DNA of 64,000 nt from Myxococcota bacterium (GTDB lineage: Bacteria; Myxococcota_A; UBA9160; UBA4427). The stretch spans positions 72,991 through 136,990 of the forward strand of contig JBGCEJ010000010.1 of assembly GCA_045106235.1 (NCBI GenBank), in the 5' to 3' direction. The position numbers and the translations under genes are program-made. Below the pieces are notes generated by a model that was not told the origin of the DNA, searched no databases, and saw only the letters and a list, made by a program, of their open reading frames with translations. This document shows, one piece after another, positions 55,961 through 64,000 of this stretch; position 1 is the first letter of the stretch, and each line of letters opens with the position of its first letter.

Positions 55961-57169
55961 ATGGATCTTGAATACAGCGAAGAACACGTTCAGTTTCGCG
56001 AGACGGTAAAGGCATTCCTCAAGGGCTGGCCTCTGACAGGCGACGAAGCCAAGCTGCCCGAGGAAGAGCAGGAGCAGATCTTTCGGAAGCGCGGCATCGA
56101 GGCGGGCTACGTATACCGTGCCGTTCCTAAAATCTACGGCGGCTCCGAGCAGCCCGAAGATGCGGTGAAGGATCAGATCATCCGCGAAGAGTTCTATCTC
56201 GCGGGTGCGCCTCGGGATCTTTCGAGTCAGGGTGCTGGACTCCTGGTCCCGACGCTGCTCGAATTCGGAACAGAAGAGCAGAAGGCGCGCTATGTCCCGC
56301 CGGCGCTCGAAGGCAAGGAAATGTGGTGCCAGGGGTACAGCGAGCCCGGATCGGGTTCGGACTTGGCGTCGCTGCAATGCCAGGCGCGTCTCGAAGGTGA
56401 CGAATGGGTCATCAACGGCCAGAAGATCTGGACGAGTTCGGCGCAGCGAGCGCATATGATGTTCGGCTTGTTTCGGACGGAGCCCGACGCCAAGAAGCAC
56501 GCGGGGATCTCCTATCTTTTGATTCCGATGGACACGCCCGGACTCGAAGTGCGCCCGCTGCGGGAGATGAGCGGCGGCTACGAGTTCAACGAAGTGTTCT
56601 TCACGGATGCGCGAATTCCCGCCGGCAATATCGTGGCTGAGCGCGGGCAGGGTTGGCAGGTGTCTCGGGCAACACTCGTGCACGAACGCAACTTGATCGG
56701 CAACCCCTTCATGATGCGGGAAGCCTTTTCGGACCTGCTGGAGCTCGCGCGGGCGAAGCGCCGCAACGGCCGTCCGGCGATCGAAGATCCGAACGTGCGA
56801 CAGCAGCTCGCGGAAATCGAAGGCTATGTCCGAACGAGCGAGCTTTCGAATATGCGTCAGTTCACCGCAGCCAATCGCGGCGAGATGATCAAGGCCATGC
56901 GGCCCATGATGATGAACAAGGTCTTCTCGACGGACACGATGCAGCGGATCATGAAATGCGCCTACGACCTGGTTGGCGGCGACGGGGTCTACGGTCCCGA
57001 TGAAGCCGATCTCGATACCTGGGGTCGCTCAACGACGTCTCGAGGCTGGATCCTGCAGTACATGTTCTCCATGGGCCCGGCGATTGCCGGCGGAGCGAGC
57101 AATATTCAGCTGAATATCATCGGTGAGCGCGGCTACGGCTTGCCGCGGGATCTGCGCAAGACGAGCTAG
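55961..57169 (+). CDS. acyl-CoA dehydrogenase, alpha-type subunit
   Basis: MDLEYSEEHVQFRETVKAF, YSEPGSGSDLAS, WTSSAQRAHM and TLVHERNLIG (IVD-type Glu position), with IAGGASNIQ replacing YEGT. It starts 4 nt after the upstream stop. Confidence 0.85.
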   Translation: MDLEYSEEHVQFRETVKAFLKGWPLTGDEAKLPEEEQEQIFRKRGIEAGYVYRAVPKIYGGSEQPEDAVKDQIIREEFYLAGAPRDLSSQGAGLLVPTLLEFGTEEQKARYVPPALEGKEMWCQGYSEPGSGSDLASLQCQARLEGDEWVINGQKIWTSSAQRAHMMFGLFRTEPDAKKHAGISYLLIPMDTPGLEVRPLREMSGGYEFNEVFFTDARIPAGNIVAERGQGWQVSRATLVHERNLIGNPFMMREAFSDLLELARAKRRNGRPAIEDPNVRQQLAEIEGYVRTSELSNMRQFTAANRGEMIKAMRPMMMNKVFSTDTMQRIMKCAYDLVGGDGVYGPDEADLDTWGRSTTSRGWILQYMFSMGPAIAGGASNIQLNIIGERGYGLPRDLRKTS

Positions 57170-57203
57170 CGCGGGGCGGGGCGGGGAGAGGCTTCTCTCA
57201 GGC

Positions 57204-57221
57204 TCTGTCTGTCTGTCTGTC
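57204..57221. repeat. tetranucleotide repeat (TCTG)x4.5, preceded by (CGGGG)x3
   Basis: Read directly from the sequence. It lies immediately downstream of the ACAD stop. Confidence 0.85.
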
Positions 57222-57279
57222 GAAGGCCGCCGGGGACCCGCTACTCAAGCGGCGCCCGGCGGCGTCCGATCAGAGGCCT

Positions 57280-57666
57280 ATGGAAGCCGAAATGAAAAAG
57301 GCCTGCATTGTGGCAGGCGTGAAGCTGGCACTGGGCCTAATCGTCTTGCTCTGCGTGATGGGGGCCCGGATCTCCATGGTCGGCGGCTCTGCTGAGCAAG
57401 GTGATGTCGAGGCCAATGCGCAGCACGCGTCTGCGGCGACGGCGACGAGCCCTGAACGAAACGCGCCTCAGCCCGCAGAATCGGCCGAGGCCGCTGCGAG
57501 TGTTTTCGAGCGGGCAAGGGCCGCGGTGGCGAAGCGCGTGGAAGGCAGCCCCGGGGCAGCGGCCGCTGATCCGAATCGCATGGTTTCCTGTGCTACCGCT
57601 CAGGGAAGTCAGTTCATGAGCGGGGCAGACTGCGCGATGCGCGGTGGACGAGCGGCCGAGATCTAG
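57280..57666 (+). CDS. hypothetical small membrane-anchored protein
   Basis: Single N-terminal TM (ACIVAGVKLALGLIVLLCVMG) and an Ala-rich tail. No family recognised. Its stop shares a CTAG palindrome with the convergent MFS gene stop. Confidence 0.4.
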   Translation: MEAEMKKACIVAGVKLALGLIVLLCVMGARISMVGGSAEQGDVEANAQHASAATATSPERNAPQPAESAEAAASVFERARAAVAKRVEGSPGAAAADPNRMVSCATAQGSQFMSGADCAMRGGRAAEI

Positions 57667-59183
57667 AGGGCTCGGGCGGGTTCTCTCGCCGTGCTCTCGG
57701 AATCGTCGCCGCTTCCTGCTCTGTCGATCGTGTTGATCGTGTCGACTGTGTCGGTTGACTCAGCCGCATCGTGGTCAACGATCCCGAGCCCGAACGCCGC
57801 GAAGATCCCCAGCGCCGCGACGCCGGCCCCAAGCAGGTAGCCATCTCGAAAAGCCGGGCCGGTCGCTGCTTCAGCGCAGAGTGCCGTCAGGATCGAAACG
57901 CCCGCGACGGCGCCGATCCCAGTCGTGGTGGACATGGTGGAAACGGCGATGCCGTGATTTTCTTCTGCGACGGCGGAGGCGACGAGTGTCGTCAGCGAAG
58001 GCTGCGCGAATCCCATGCCCAGACCTGCAGAGATCAGTCCGGCGACGATCAAGGGGAGAGAGGTGGTGGCCGCGCCCGCGGCGAAGGCGAGCATCGCGAC
58101 GAAGACGAGGCTGCTACCGATCACGATCATGGCTTTTTCGCCAAAACGGCCGCCGAGATGGCCACCGACGGGCGAGGCCGCCGAGAAGGAGATCGGGCGT
58201 GCGATGGTCCACATCGAAGTCGCGGCCTGTCCCAGGCCGAAGACCCCCATCATGATCAGCGGACTGATGATGAACCCGCCCATATAAGCGAATTGCATCG
58301 CGAACCCAATCACGAGCGGCAGTGTGAAATTGCGGCGCGTGAGGAACTCGAGGGGAAGCAGGGGGTGTTCGGTCGTCCGTTCGATGCGCACGAAGAGGGC
58401 CAGGAGCGCGGGCGTCAGCGCGATCGAGCACCAGACGGCGGGACTCCCCAGTCCCCAGGTGGGGATCCGATTGATCGAGAAGGTGAGGGCGAAGGCGGCC
58501 AGGGCGAGGACGCCGGCGCCTGCGATATCGAGTCGAACCCGGGTTTGGCGCGGCGTCTCGGTCAAGACGAAAACGGCGATGGCACAGGCCAGCGCGGAGA
58601 GTCCGCCCTGGATGAAGAAAATCGGCCGCCAACCGATCGCTTCGACGAGAACGCCGCCAATGGCGAGGCCGAGGACCGGCGCGCCGGCGATGACAACGCT
58701 CATCCAGCCCATGGCTTTGACACGCTCTGGGCCGCGGTAGGCGCGAAAGAGCATGGCCATCGAAGCGGGCATCGTCGCCGTGCCTGCGAGCTGTCCGAGG
58801 GTGCGCAGGCCGATCAGGCTGACGGCGTCCCAGGCGAGGGCGGTCGCGACCGCGACGACGGTCGCGAAGACGAAGCCCACTAAGTAGACGCGGCGATGGC
58901 CGTGGAGATCGCCGAGCTTGCCGAGCAGAGGCGCCGAGACGGCTTGGGCCAGCATGGGCGCCGTCATCACCCAGGCAATCGTGGTGACATCGCTGCCGAG
59001 ATCGTCCGCGATCGTTTTGAGCGAAACGCCCAGAATCGTGATGGTAAAGGTCGTCGCGAAGGTTCCCGCGAGACAAGTCCAAAGGATCCAGCGGCGATGC
59101 TGGGGACGGGCGGCAAGGCGCGCGCGCAGATTCTCAAGCCAGCTTTCTGCGGCCGGTGCTTGGGGCGATTCAGGGATGGACAT
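57663..59183 (-). CDS. MFS transporter, DHA2 (14-TMS, EmrB/QacA-like) family
   Basis: 506 aa with ~14 hydrophobic helices. LGKLGDLHGHRRV is motif A. Confidence 0.85.
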   Translation of the reverse strand: MSIPESPQAPAAESWLENLRARLAARPQHRRWILWTCLAGTFATTFTITILGVSLKTIADDLGSDVTTIAWVMTAPMLAQAVSAPLLGKLGDLHGHRRVYLVGFVFATVVAVATALAWDAVSLIGLRTLGQLAGTATMPASMAMLFRAYRGPERVKAMGWMSVVIAGAPVLGLAIGGVLVEAIGWRPIFFIQGGLSALACAIAVFVLTETPRQTRVRLDIAGAGVLALAAFALTFSINRIPTWGLGSPAVWCSIALTPALLALFVRIERTTEHPLLPLEFLTRRNFTLPLVIGFAMQFAYMGGFIISPLIMMGVFGLGQAATSMWTIARPISFSAASPVGGHLGGRFGEKAMIVIGSSLVFVAMLAFAAGAATTSLPLIVAGLISAGLGMGFAQPSLTTLVASAVAEENHGIAVSTMSTTTGIGAVAGVSILTALCAEAATGPAFRDGYLLGAGVAALGIFAAFGLGIVDHDAAESTDTVDTINTIDRAGSGDDSESTAREPARAL

Positions 59184-59391
59184 CGGGGTTCACTCGGGTT
59201 TGCGGGCGCGGCGCACCATAGCGCGTTAGGGCCGGGCCGGGGCGGCGCTTCTTGCCGAGGGTGCAATGCAGCCTGAAACGCCGGCGTGCAATGCGCAACG
59301 TGCCGGAAGGCCCCGCTTGGCGACCGCCGGCACGCCTTCGCGTCAAACGGAACAGACGGCCACGAGGCGATGAAAAAGAGGCGCGCGCCGA

Positions 59392-59407
59392 TGGCACTCC
59401 CTTTGCA
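59392..59407 (+). promoter_or_regulatory. sigma-54 (RpoN) -24/-12 promoter upstream of flagellin
   Basis: TGGCAC-TCCCT-TTGCA is an exact match to the TGGCAC-N5-TTGCW consensus. It lies 64 nt upstream of the flagellin ATG. Confidence 0.75.
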
Positions 59408-59470
59408 GTTGACCGGCAACAAATCATCGCCGCGCATTGAGAAGGGCGCGAATTAGGGAAGAGGGACACT

Positions 59471-60301
59471 ATGGGACTCCGAGTAAATTCGAATATCAGC
59501 TCGATTAATGCACAGCGAAATTTGGTGAACAGTACGAACGGCTTGCAGAAGTCGCTCCAGCGATTGTCTTCAGGACTTCGCATTACCCGGGCCGCGGACG
59601 ACGCCGCTGGGCTCGCGATCTCCGAGAACTTTCGATCGGAAGTTCGCAGCCTGCAGCAGGCGCAGCGAAACGCGAGCGACGGCATCTCGATGCTGCAGAT
59701 TGGTGAAGGCGCGCTCAATGAAACGAGCTCGATTCTGATCCGGATGCGTGAACTGGCGATCCAGGCAGCGAATGGCACGCTGGGCGACGAAGAGCGCGTG
59801 ACGGTCGACCTGGAATTTCAGGGACTGCTCGAAGAAATCGATCGCATCGCGGAGGTGACCGAGTTCAATGGCAACCCGCTGATCAAGTCCAGTGGTGTGA
59901 CGGTCTTTCAGATTGGCGCGAACGATACGGAGAACGACCGGTTCTCCGTGGCTGCGGTGGATGCGGGCACGAGCGCCTTGGGGCTCGGTGGCGGCTCGAG
60001 CGTCGCTGTGACCACTCAGTCCGGGGCCCGCGCGGTACTCGCGCTCCTGGACAGCGCTGTAGGCACTGTGGCGTCGCTGCGTGCGACCTTTGGTACGGCT
60101 CAGAACCGGCTTGAATCAGCGATTCGGTCGATTGCCATCGCAGTGGAAAATACGAAGGCTGCGGATTCTCGGATTCGAGACGTTGACTTTGCTGCTGAGA
60201 CAGCAGAGCTGACGCGCAATCAGGTTCTCCAGCAGGCGGGTGTCTCGGTTCTGGCTCAGGCCAACGTTTCGACGCAGGCTGCGCTGTCGCTGCTCCAGTA
60301 A
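59471..60301 (+). CDS. fliC: flagellin
   Basis: N-terminus RVNSNISSINAQRNL...LSSGLRITRAADDAAGLAISE and C-terminus LTRNQVLQQAGVSVLAQANVSTQAALSLLQ. Short (276 aa) variable region. Confidence 0.95.
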   Translation: MGLRVNSNISSINAQRNLVNSTNGLQKSLQRLSSGLRITRAADDAAGLAISENFRSEVRSLQQAQRNASDGISMLQIGEGALNETSSILIRMRELAIQAANGTLGDEERVTVDLEFQGLLEEIDRIAEVTEFNGNPLIKSSGVTVFQIGANDTENDRFSVAAVDAGTSALGLGGGSSVAVTTQSGARAVLALLDSAVGTVASLRATFGTAQNRLESAIRSIAIAVENTKAADSRIRDVDFAAETAELTRNQVLQQAGVSVLAQANVSTQAALSLLQ

Positions 60302-60517
60302 GTCGAGAATGAGACGCTGATCACACTCTTGGAAACGCAGATCTATTCTTTGATGCAATTGCGTTTCAAGCAGAGGCATCGAAAGCGCAGGCGATCCCCA
60401 GAGGTCGATCCGCGACGAAAAAATCGAGTTTTCGTTGAGCTTCGCGCCACGTGGGCTTGGAAAGCGTCACTTACTTAGGGACGAGAGGTTCCTCTTGTCA
60501 GACTCTGGGAAAGTCTT

Positions 60518-60544
60518 GGGAAACGGCTGCGCGCTCAGTTCGTC
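60518..60544 (+). promoter_or_regulatory. candidate ECF-type promoter (GGGAAAC-N16-CGTC)
   Basis: GAAAC at 60520-60524, a 16-nt spacer, then CGTC at 60541-60544. It lies upstream of the ECF sigma gene. This rests on a motif match only. Confidence 0.3.
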
Positions 60545-60761
60545 CAATCGTTCAATTGGCTCAATCGGTCCAATTGAAAGACGGGGTGGATGAGAGTGCG
60601 AGGAGTAGACCGTTTTGCCTCGAACGACTGCTGTGGCGGCGTCCGTTTTTGCGGACGTCCATGTTGAAAATGCTGAAGTTGCCAAACCTGCTGTTCCTTC
60701 TGCCGAGACGCATAGGACGGTAGGAGAAGCGATCGCTGCCCCCGACGTTCCGCTTGCGGAG

Positions 60762-61343
60762 ATGACGGACCAACAGCTTTTAGATGGGCTGCGCGCGCAG
60801 AGCGAGCCCCATTTCGCAGAGCTCTATCAGCGCTATTTCCAACGCATCTACAATTTCGTCAACGCGCGGATGAGAAATCACGCGGAGACGGAAGAGGTGG
60901 TGCAAGAGACTTTTCTCGCGGTCTTCCGATCGTTTGAGAACTATCGCGGCCAGTCTTCACTGCTCTCGTGGATTTATGGCATCGCCAAGAACACCACGAA
61001 TAACAGCTTGCGCAAAGCGAAGAGTCAGAGTGAGCGAATTGACCTTGCAGACGAGGGCGATCTCGCACCCCGGCCTTCGATTGGCGTCGGCGCGCCGGAC
61101 GAGCAGCTCGACCTTTACCGGTTCGGAGATCAACTGACGCAACGACTCGATCAGCTCGCCGATTGGCAGGCGGAGATTTTCGAGATGCGGCATTTCGAAA
61201 ACCTCTCGATTCCGGAAATCTCAAAACGCACGAAGCGCTCAAGCGATGCGGTGCGGTCCAGCCTTTACCGCGTGAAGCGCATGTTCCTCGACGCTGCGGT
61301 GGCCAGTGGTAGTTCCGCGACCGGCATCGGAGAGCGAGGATGA
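60762..61343 (+). CDS. ECF-subfamily RNA polymerase sigma-70 factor
   Basis: Region 2 is FAELYQRYFQRIYNFV...AEEVVQETFLAVF...SWIYGIAKN. Region 4 is IFEMRHFENLSIPEISKRTKRSSDAVRSSLYRVKR. The N-terminus could extend to TTG at 60615. Confidence 0.85.
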   Translation: MTDQQLLDGLRAQSEPHFAELYQRYFQRIYNFVNARMRNHAETEEVVQETFLAVFRSFENYRGQSSLLSWIYGIAKNTTNNSLRKAKSQSERIDLADEGDLAPRPSIGVGAPDEQLDLYRFGDQLTQRLDQLADWQAEIFEMRHFENLSIPEISKRTKRSSDAVRSSLYRVKRMFLDAAVASGSSATGIGERG

Positions 61344-61741
61344 AACGAATCAGTCAGGACGTCGCTGGGCGTCCGAGACTTAGCCCCTCGAGGCGGGACG
61401 TGGCGGGCATGCGAAGTCCGTCCAACTGGACGGGATTCGCCTCGTACAGGGACGCCTTCCGGCCGTCCCTTGACGATCCGACGGACGCCTTCGCCGAAGA
61501 GAAGATCTTGCTCGACGACTTCGCCGATTTTATGGCGGACGCAGAAGGACCTGACTCTGACTCTGATTCTGACTTTGGCAACCTGGGCGACCTCGGCGAC
61601 CGTGGCGCCTTTGTCTCCGTCGGTGCCCTCGGTGATGGATCTCGACTCGAGGCCGATCCCGAGTTCCGCGAACGTTTGCGTGGTCGCCTCTGGCGAACCT
61701 TCGTGCAGACGCATCTTCGGGATCCCGTCGGCCGGCATTAG
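61340..61741 (+). CDS. putative anti-sigma factor (by position only)
   Basis: ATGA overlap with the ECF sigma gene. 133 aa, acidic DSDSDSDF stretch. No zf-HC2 or TM segment seen. Confidence 0.4.
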   Translation: MKRISQDVAGRPRLSPSRRDVAGMRSPSNWTGFASYRDAFRPSLDDPTDAFAEEKILLDDFADFMADAEGPDSDSDSDFGNLGDLGDRGAFVSVGALGDGSRLEADPEFRERLRGRLWRTFVQTHLRDPVGRH

Positions 61742-61887
61742 TTGCTCCGCCCCCGGGGTTAGGCTCTGCTCGGGCTAGTGACTTCGGTGTGGGGTTCTTC
61801 TGATTGGCGTTTGCCTCTGTCTGAGGCACTCTTATCGGGTGGCGATGCGAGACTTCCTTCTCGCCCGACCGCTTGATTGGAGGCCCC

Positions 61888-62463
61888 ATGTCGATCGACC
61901 TCGATGCCGAGCTGGACCCGAAGGCGCATGTTCTTCAGGACGATGCCTATTTCGACGACGTGAGTCGTTCCTCTCAGAGGACATTCGATGTGAGCTTGCT
62001 GGGCGAGCCTCTCACGCTCTTGCCGAGCCGTCCGCCGCTGACGCTGGCCCCCGATGATTCCGTCAAGGACGCGATGCAGGCGATGCAGCGACGCCATCGT
62101 GGATGCATCTTGATCACCGAAGACGGTGGTCTTCGTTCGCCGCTGGTTGGTATTTTCACCGAGCGGGATGTGCTCTTGAAGGTGATCGATAGCGGACGCA
62201 ATCCAGCGGATGTGGCGATGCGCGAAGTGATGGTTTCAGATCCCGAGACGCTGCCGATTGATGCGAAGCTTGCATGGGCGCTGAACATGATGTCGGTGGG
62301 CGGCTTTCGTCATCTGCCGGTAACGGATGAGCGCGGTTGGCCCGCCTTTATCTTGTCCGTGCGGGATATTGTTGAGTTCCTGGTGGAGGCTTTTCCCGCA
62401 GAGATTCTCAATCTTCCCCCTGATTTCGGGGCCAAGAAAATGCGGGCTCGCGACGGCGCCTAG
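61888..62463 (+). CDS. CBS-pair domain protein
   Basis: Two CBS motifs: ...SVKDAMQAMQRRHRGCILITEDGG...VGIFTERDVL and VREVMVSDPETL...GGFRHLPVTDE...ILSVRDIV. ATG at 61888 follows TTGGAGG. Confidence 0.8.
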   Translation: MSIDLDAELDPKAHVLQDDAYFDDVSRSSQRTFDVSLLGEPLTLLPSRPPLTLAPDDSVKDAMQAMQRRHRGCILITEDGGLRSPLVGIFTERDVLLKVIDSGRNPADVAMREVMVSDPETLPIDAKLAWALNMMSVGGFRHLPVTDERGWPAFILSVRDIVEFLVEAFPAEILNLPPDFGAKKMRARDGA

Positions 62464-62578
62464 CTCCCGGTCGCTTCTTCACGGAAATGTTGAGTTTGGG
62501 CGGAATTCGGTCGATGAAATCGGAGTAGGCCACCGAGGATATGCGACTCATATCCCTAGGGTTGGCCTTGAGGGTTTG

Positions 62579-63817
62579 ATGACCGATCACGATGGCTTTT
62601 TCTTGAGCCGCCAGCCTGTCGTTGCCAGTGAACGCACGGTGATGGGGTGGCAGCTTGAAATGCAGTCCGCCGCCGGAGACCGCTTTCAGAGCGAGCAGCC
62701 GGTCGGGGATGGATATCTATCGGCGCTCGAAGCTTTTGCCTCATCGGCCGATTGGGATTCGATGCTCTGCGGCGGTCGCGCTTTCTTATATGCTGATCGC
62801 CGCATCGTCTACAGCGACATCATGGAGCTCATTCCTCGCAACCGATTGGTCCTCCAGCTCACCGCCCAGACGGAGGTCAATGCCAGTCTTTCTAATCGAC
62901 TGCATGCGCTGAGTGCACAGCGGGGCGTGCGTCTCGCATTCCTTGACTACGGGCGCCGAGATCCACGAGAGATGCTGATAGATCTTGCGGATGCGGTGCA
63001 TGTGGATGCCTTTGGTCAGAGCGCGGAGGCGCGTGGCCTGTTAATTCGGCGTGCGAAGCGGCGTGGTCTTCAGGTCATGGCCAATTCGATTCGGAGCGAT
63101 TCGGATTTCATGCAGATTCGCGCGGCCGGCTTCGACTTGATCCATGGCGTGAGTTACCAGGACGCATCTGCGGATGAGCTGACCCGTGCGAATCCAGACG
63201 GAAAGCTCATCATGCAATTGCTTGTGGAGGCGGGGGCCGACATCGAGATCCCCGCGGTGACAGAGGTCATTGAAGGCAATGAAACGCTGACCGAAGGGCT
63301 CCTCCGCCTGGTGAACAGCCTTGAGCTCGCGCGCGCTCAGAAGATTGAAAGCGTGGGGCAGTCGCTGATGATGATCGGGGCAAAAGGGCTTTCGCGCTGG
63401 CTCATGCTTTTGCTTTTTCAGATCGGTCATCAGGGCGGAGCGAAGGGCCCACTTTTCCGTGTCGCGGCAAGTCGAGCGAAACAGATGGAGTTGCTGACGT
63501 TGGACTCCGCTGGGACGAGTCCTTCGGGAAAGGAGCGCGGTCATGAGGCGTTTCTGATCGGCATCCTTTCACTCGTCCACGTGCTTTTCGGCATGGATCG
63601 CCAAGCCGTTCTTGCGGACCTGGCGCTGACTCCGGAGATGGATCGCGCGCTTGGCGAATACGGCGGCGAACTGGGGCGGATGCTCCGTCTCGTAGAGTGC
63701 CTGGATCGCGGCGATTTTGCAGAGACCGCAGAGTTGGCCGAAGAGCTCGACATCTCTTCTGCCGATCTCTGGCGACATCAGAAAGAGGCCTACGCCTGGG
63801 TCATGCAGATGGAGTAG
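62579..63817 (+). CDS. degenerate EAL-like domain plus HDOD domain signalling protein
   Basis: FLSRQPVVASERTVMGWQLEM, LAFLDYGRRD, QVMANSIRS and FDLIHGVSYQ are collinear with EAL-HDOD proteins but with catalytic positions substituted. The C-terminal ~200 aa are HDOD-like. ATG at 62579 follows GAGGG. Confidence 0.7.
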   Translation: MTDHDGFFLSRQPVVASERTVMGWQLEMQSAAGDRFQSEQPVGDGYLSALEAFASSADWDSMLCGGRAFLYADRRIVYSDIMELIPRNRLVLQLTAQTEVNASLSNRLHALSAQRGVRLAFLDYGRRDPREMLIDLADAVHVDAFGQSAEARGLLIRRAKRRGLQVMANSIRSDSDFMQIRAAGFDLIHGVSYQDASADELTRANPDGKLIMQLLVEAGADIEIPAVTEVIEGNETLTEGLLRLVNSLELARAQKIESVGQSLMMIGAKGLSRWLMLLLFQIGHQGGAKGPLFRVAASRAKQMELLTLDSAGTSPSGKERGHEAFLIGILSLVHVLFGMDRQAVLADLALTPEMDRALGEYGGELGRMLRLVECLDRGDFAETAELAEELDISSADLWRHQKEAYAWVMQME

Positions 63818-63848
63818 GTCCGGGCTGAGGTCGGCTCTCGGGTCGGGT

Positions 63849-64000
63849 TTAAGTGGGGTCTAAGGCGCGGGCCATCACGATCTTCCCCGAGCGGACAAGC
63901 TCGAGAATGCTCTCCTCGTCGAAGAGTTCGATCATTGCGTCGAGCTTGTCGCTTCCGCCATAGACTCGGAGGATCACGCTCTCCGAGGCGTAGTCGACCA
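63849..64000 (-). CDS. ilvH: acetolactate synthase small (regulatory) subunit, C-terminal fragment (5' end outside window)
   Basis: My own reverse translation gives VDYASESVILRVYGGSDKLDAMIELFDEESILELVRSGKIVMARALDPT*. This matches the IlvH/IlvN C-terminal ...KIDAFIELL...ELVRTGK... region. TAA stop at 63851-63849. Confidence 0.7.
   Translation of the reverse strand, partial: VDYASESVILRVYGGSDKLDAMIELFDEESILELVRSGKIVMARALDPT

Noticed and set aside
10736-57221. Treating the short tandem repeat arrays as CRISPR arrays
   Set aside because: The units are 4-17 bp with no unique spacers between them, and the arrays are under 60 bp. No cas genes are present.
60451-60723. 90-aa ORF in the flagellin-ECF intergenic gap as a flaG/fliS-like gene
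   Set aside because: Its translation (MGLESVTYLGTRGSSCQTLGKSWETAARS...) has no resemblance to FlaG, FliD or FliS. It has no RBS and overlaps the possible N-terminal extension of the sigma gene in another frame.

Overview
This is a high-GC, densely coding chromosomal segment from a Gram-negative bacterium (LolA-like carrier, autotransporter-type OMP, lipoproteins, flagellin). I call about 57 CDS. I saw no rRNA, tRNA, CRISPR array, transposase or integrase. Layout: (1) 1-9.4 kb is the downstream half of an aryl-polyene/flexirubin-type lipid-pigment cluster: aryl/acyl ligase-dehydratase fusion, GT2, LpxL-like acyltransferase, MIO ammonia-lyase, thioesterase, LolA-like protein, MMPL exporter and a lipoprotein. 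(2) 9.5-11 kb holds a CoA-transferase and cspA. (3) 11.5-20.8 kb is an envelope/signalling block: a Ser/Thr kinase with N-terminal TPTK repeats, an autotransporter-type beta-barrel, a 1267-aa PKD/Fn3 lipoprotein with two CXXCH...MP haem-c-like motifs, and a Sel1/coiled-coil/caspase lipoprotein. (4) 20.9-24.3 kb is the most interesting part. Two genes carry in-frame TGA codons exactly at redox-Cys positions: a Bcp/PrxQ peroxiredoxin (PG-U-TRESC) and a UGSC-motif protein. Each has a downstream hairpin. The UGSC gene sits in an uncharacterised operon with a NifU-like CxxC protein and a 327-aa conserved hypothetical. (5) 25-57 kb is a large CoA-dependent alicyclic/steroid-like catabolic island: KshA-like Rieske oxygenase, KstD-like flavoprotein, seven SDRs in the island with five of them inside a single eight-gene minus-strand operon (37118-44086), beta/alpha ACADs both fused and split, a fused CoA-transferase, LLM oxidoreductases and a stand-alone Mo enzyme. 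It is interrupted at 35.5-37.1 kb by a TGA-disrupted alkylation-repair-like gene and a toxin-antitoxin pair. (6) 57-64 kb holds an MFS pump, an orphan flagellin behind a perfect sigma-54 promoter, an ECF sigma/anti-sigma pair, a CBS protein, a degenerate EAL-HDOD protein and the 3' end of ilvH.
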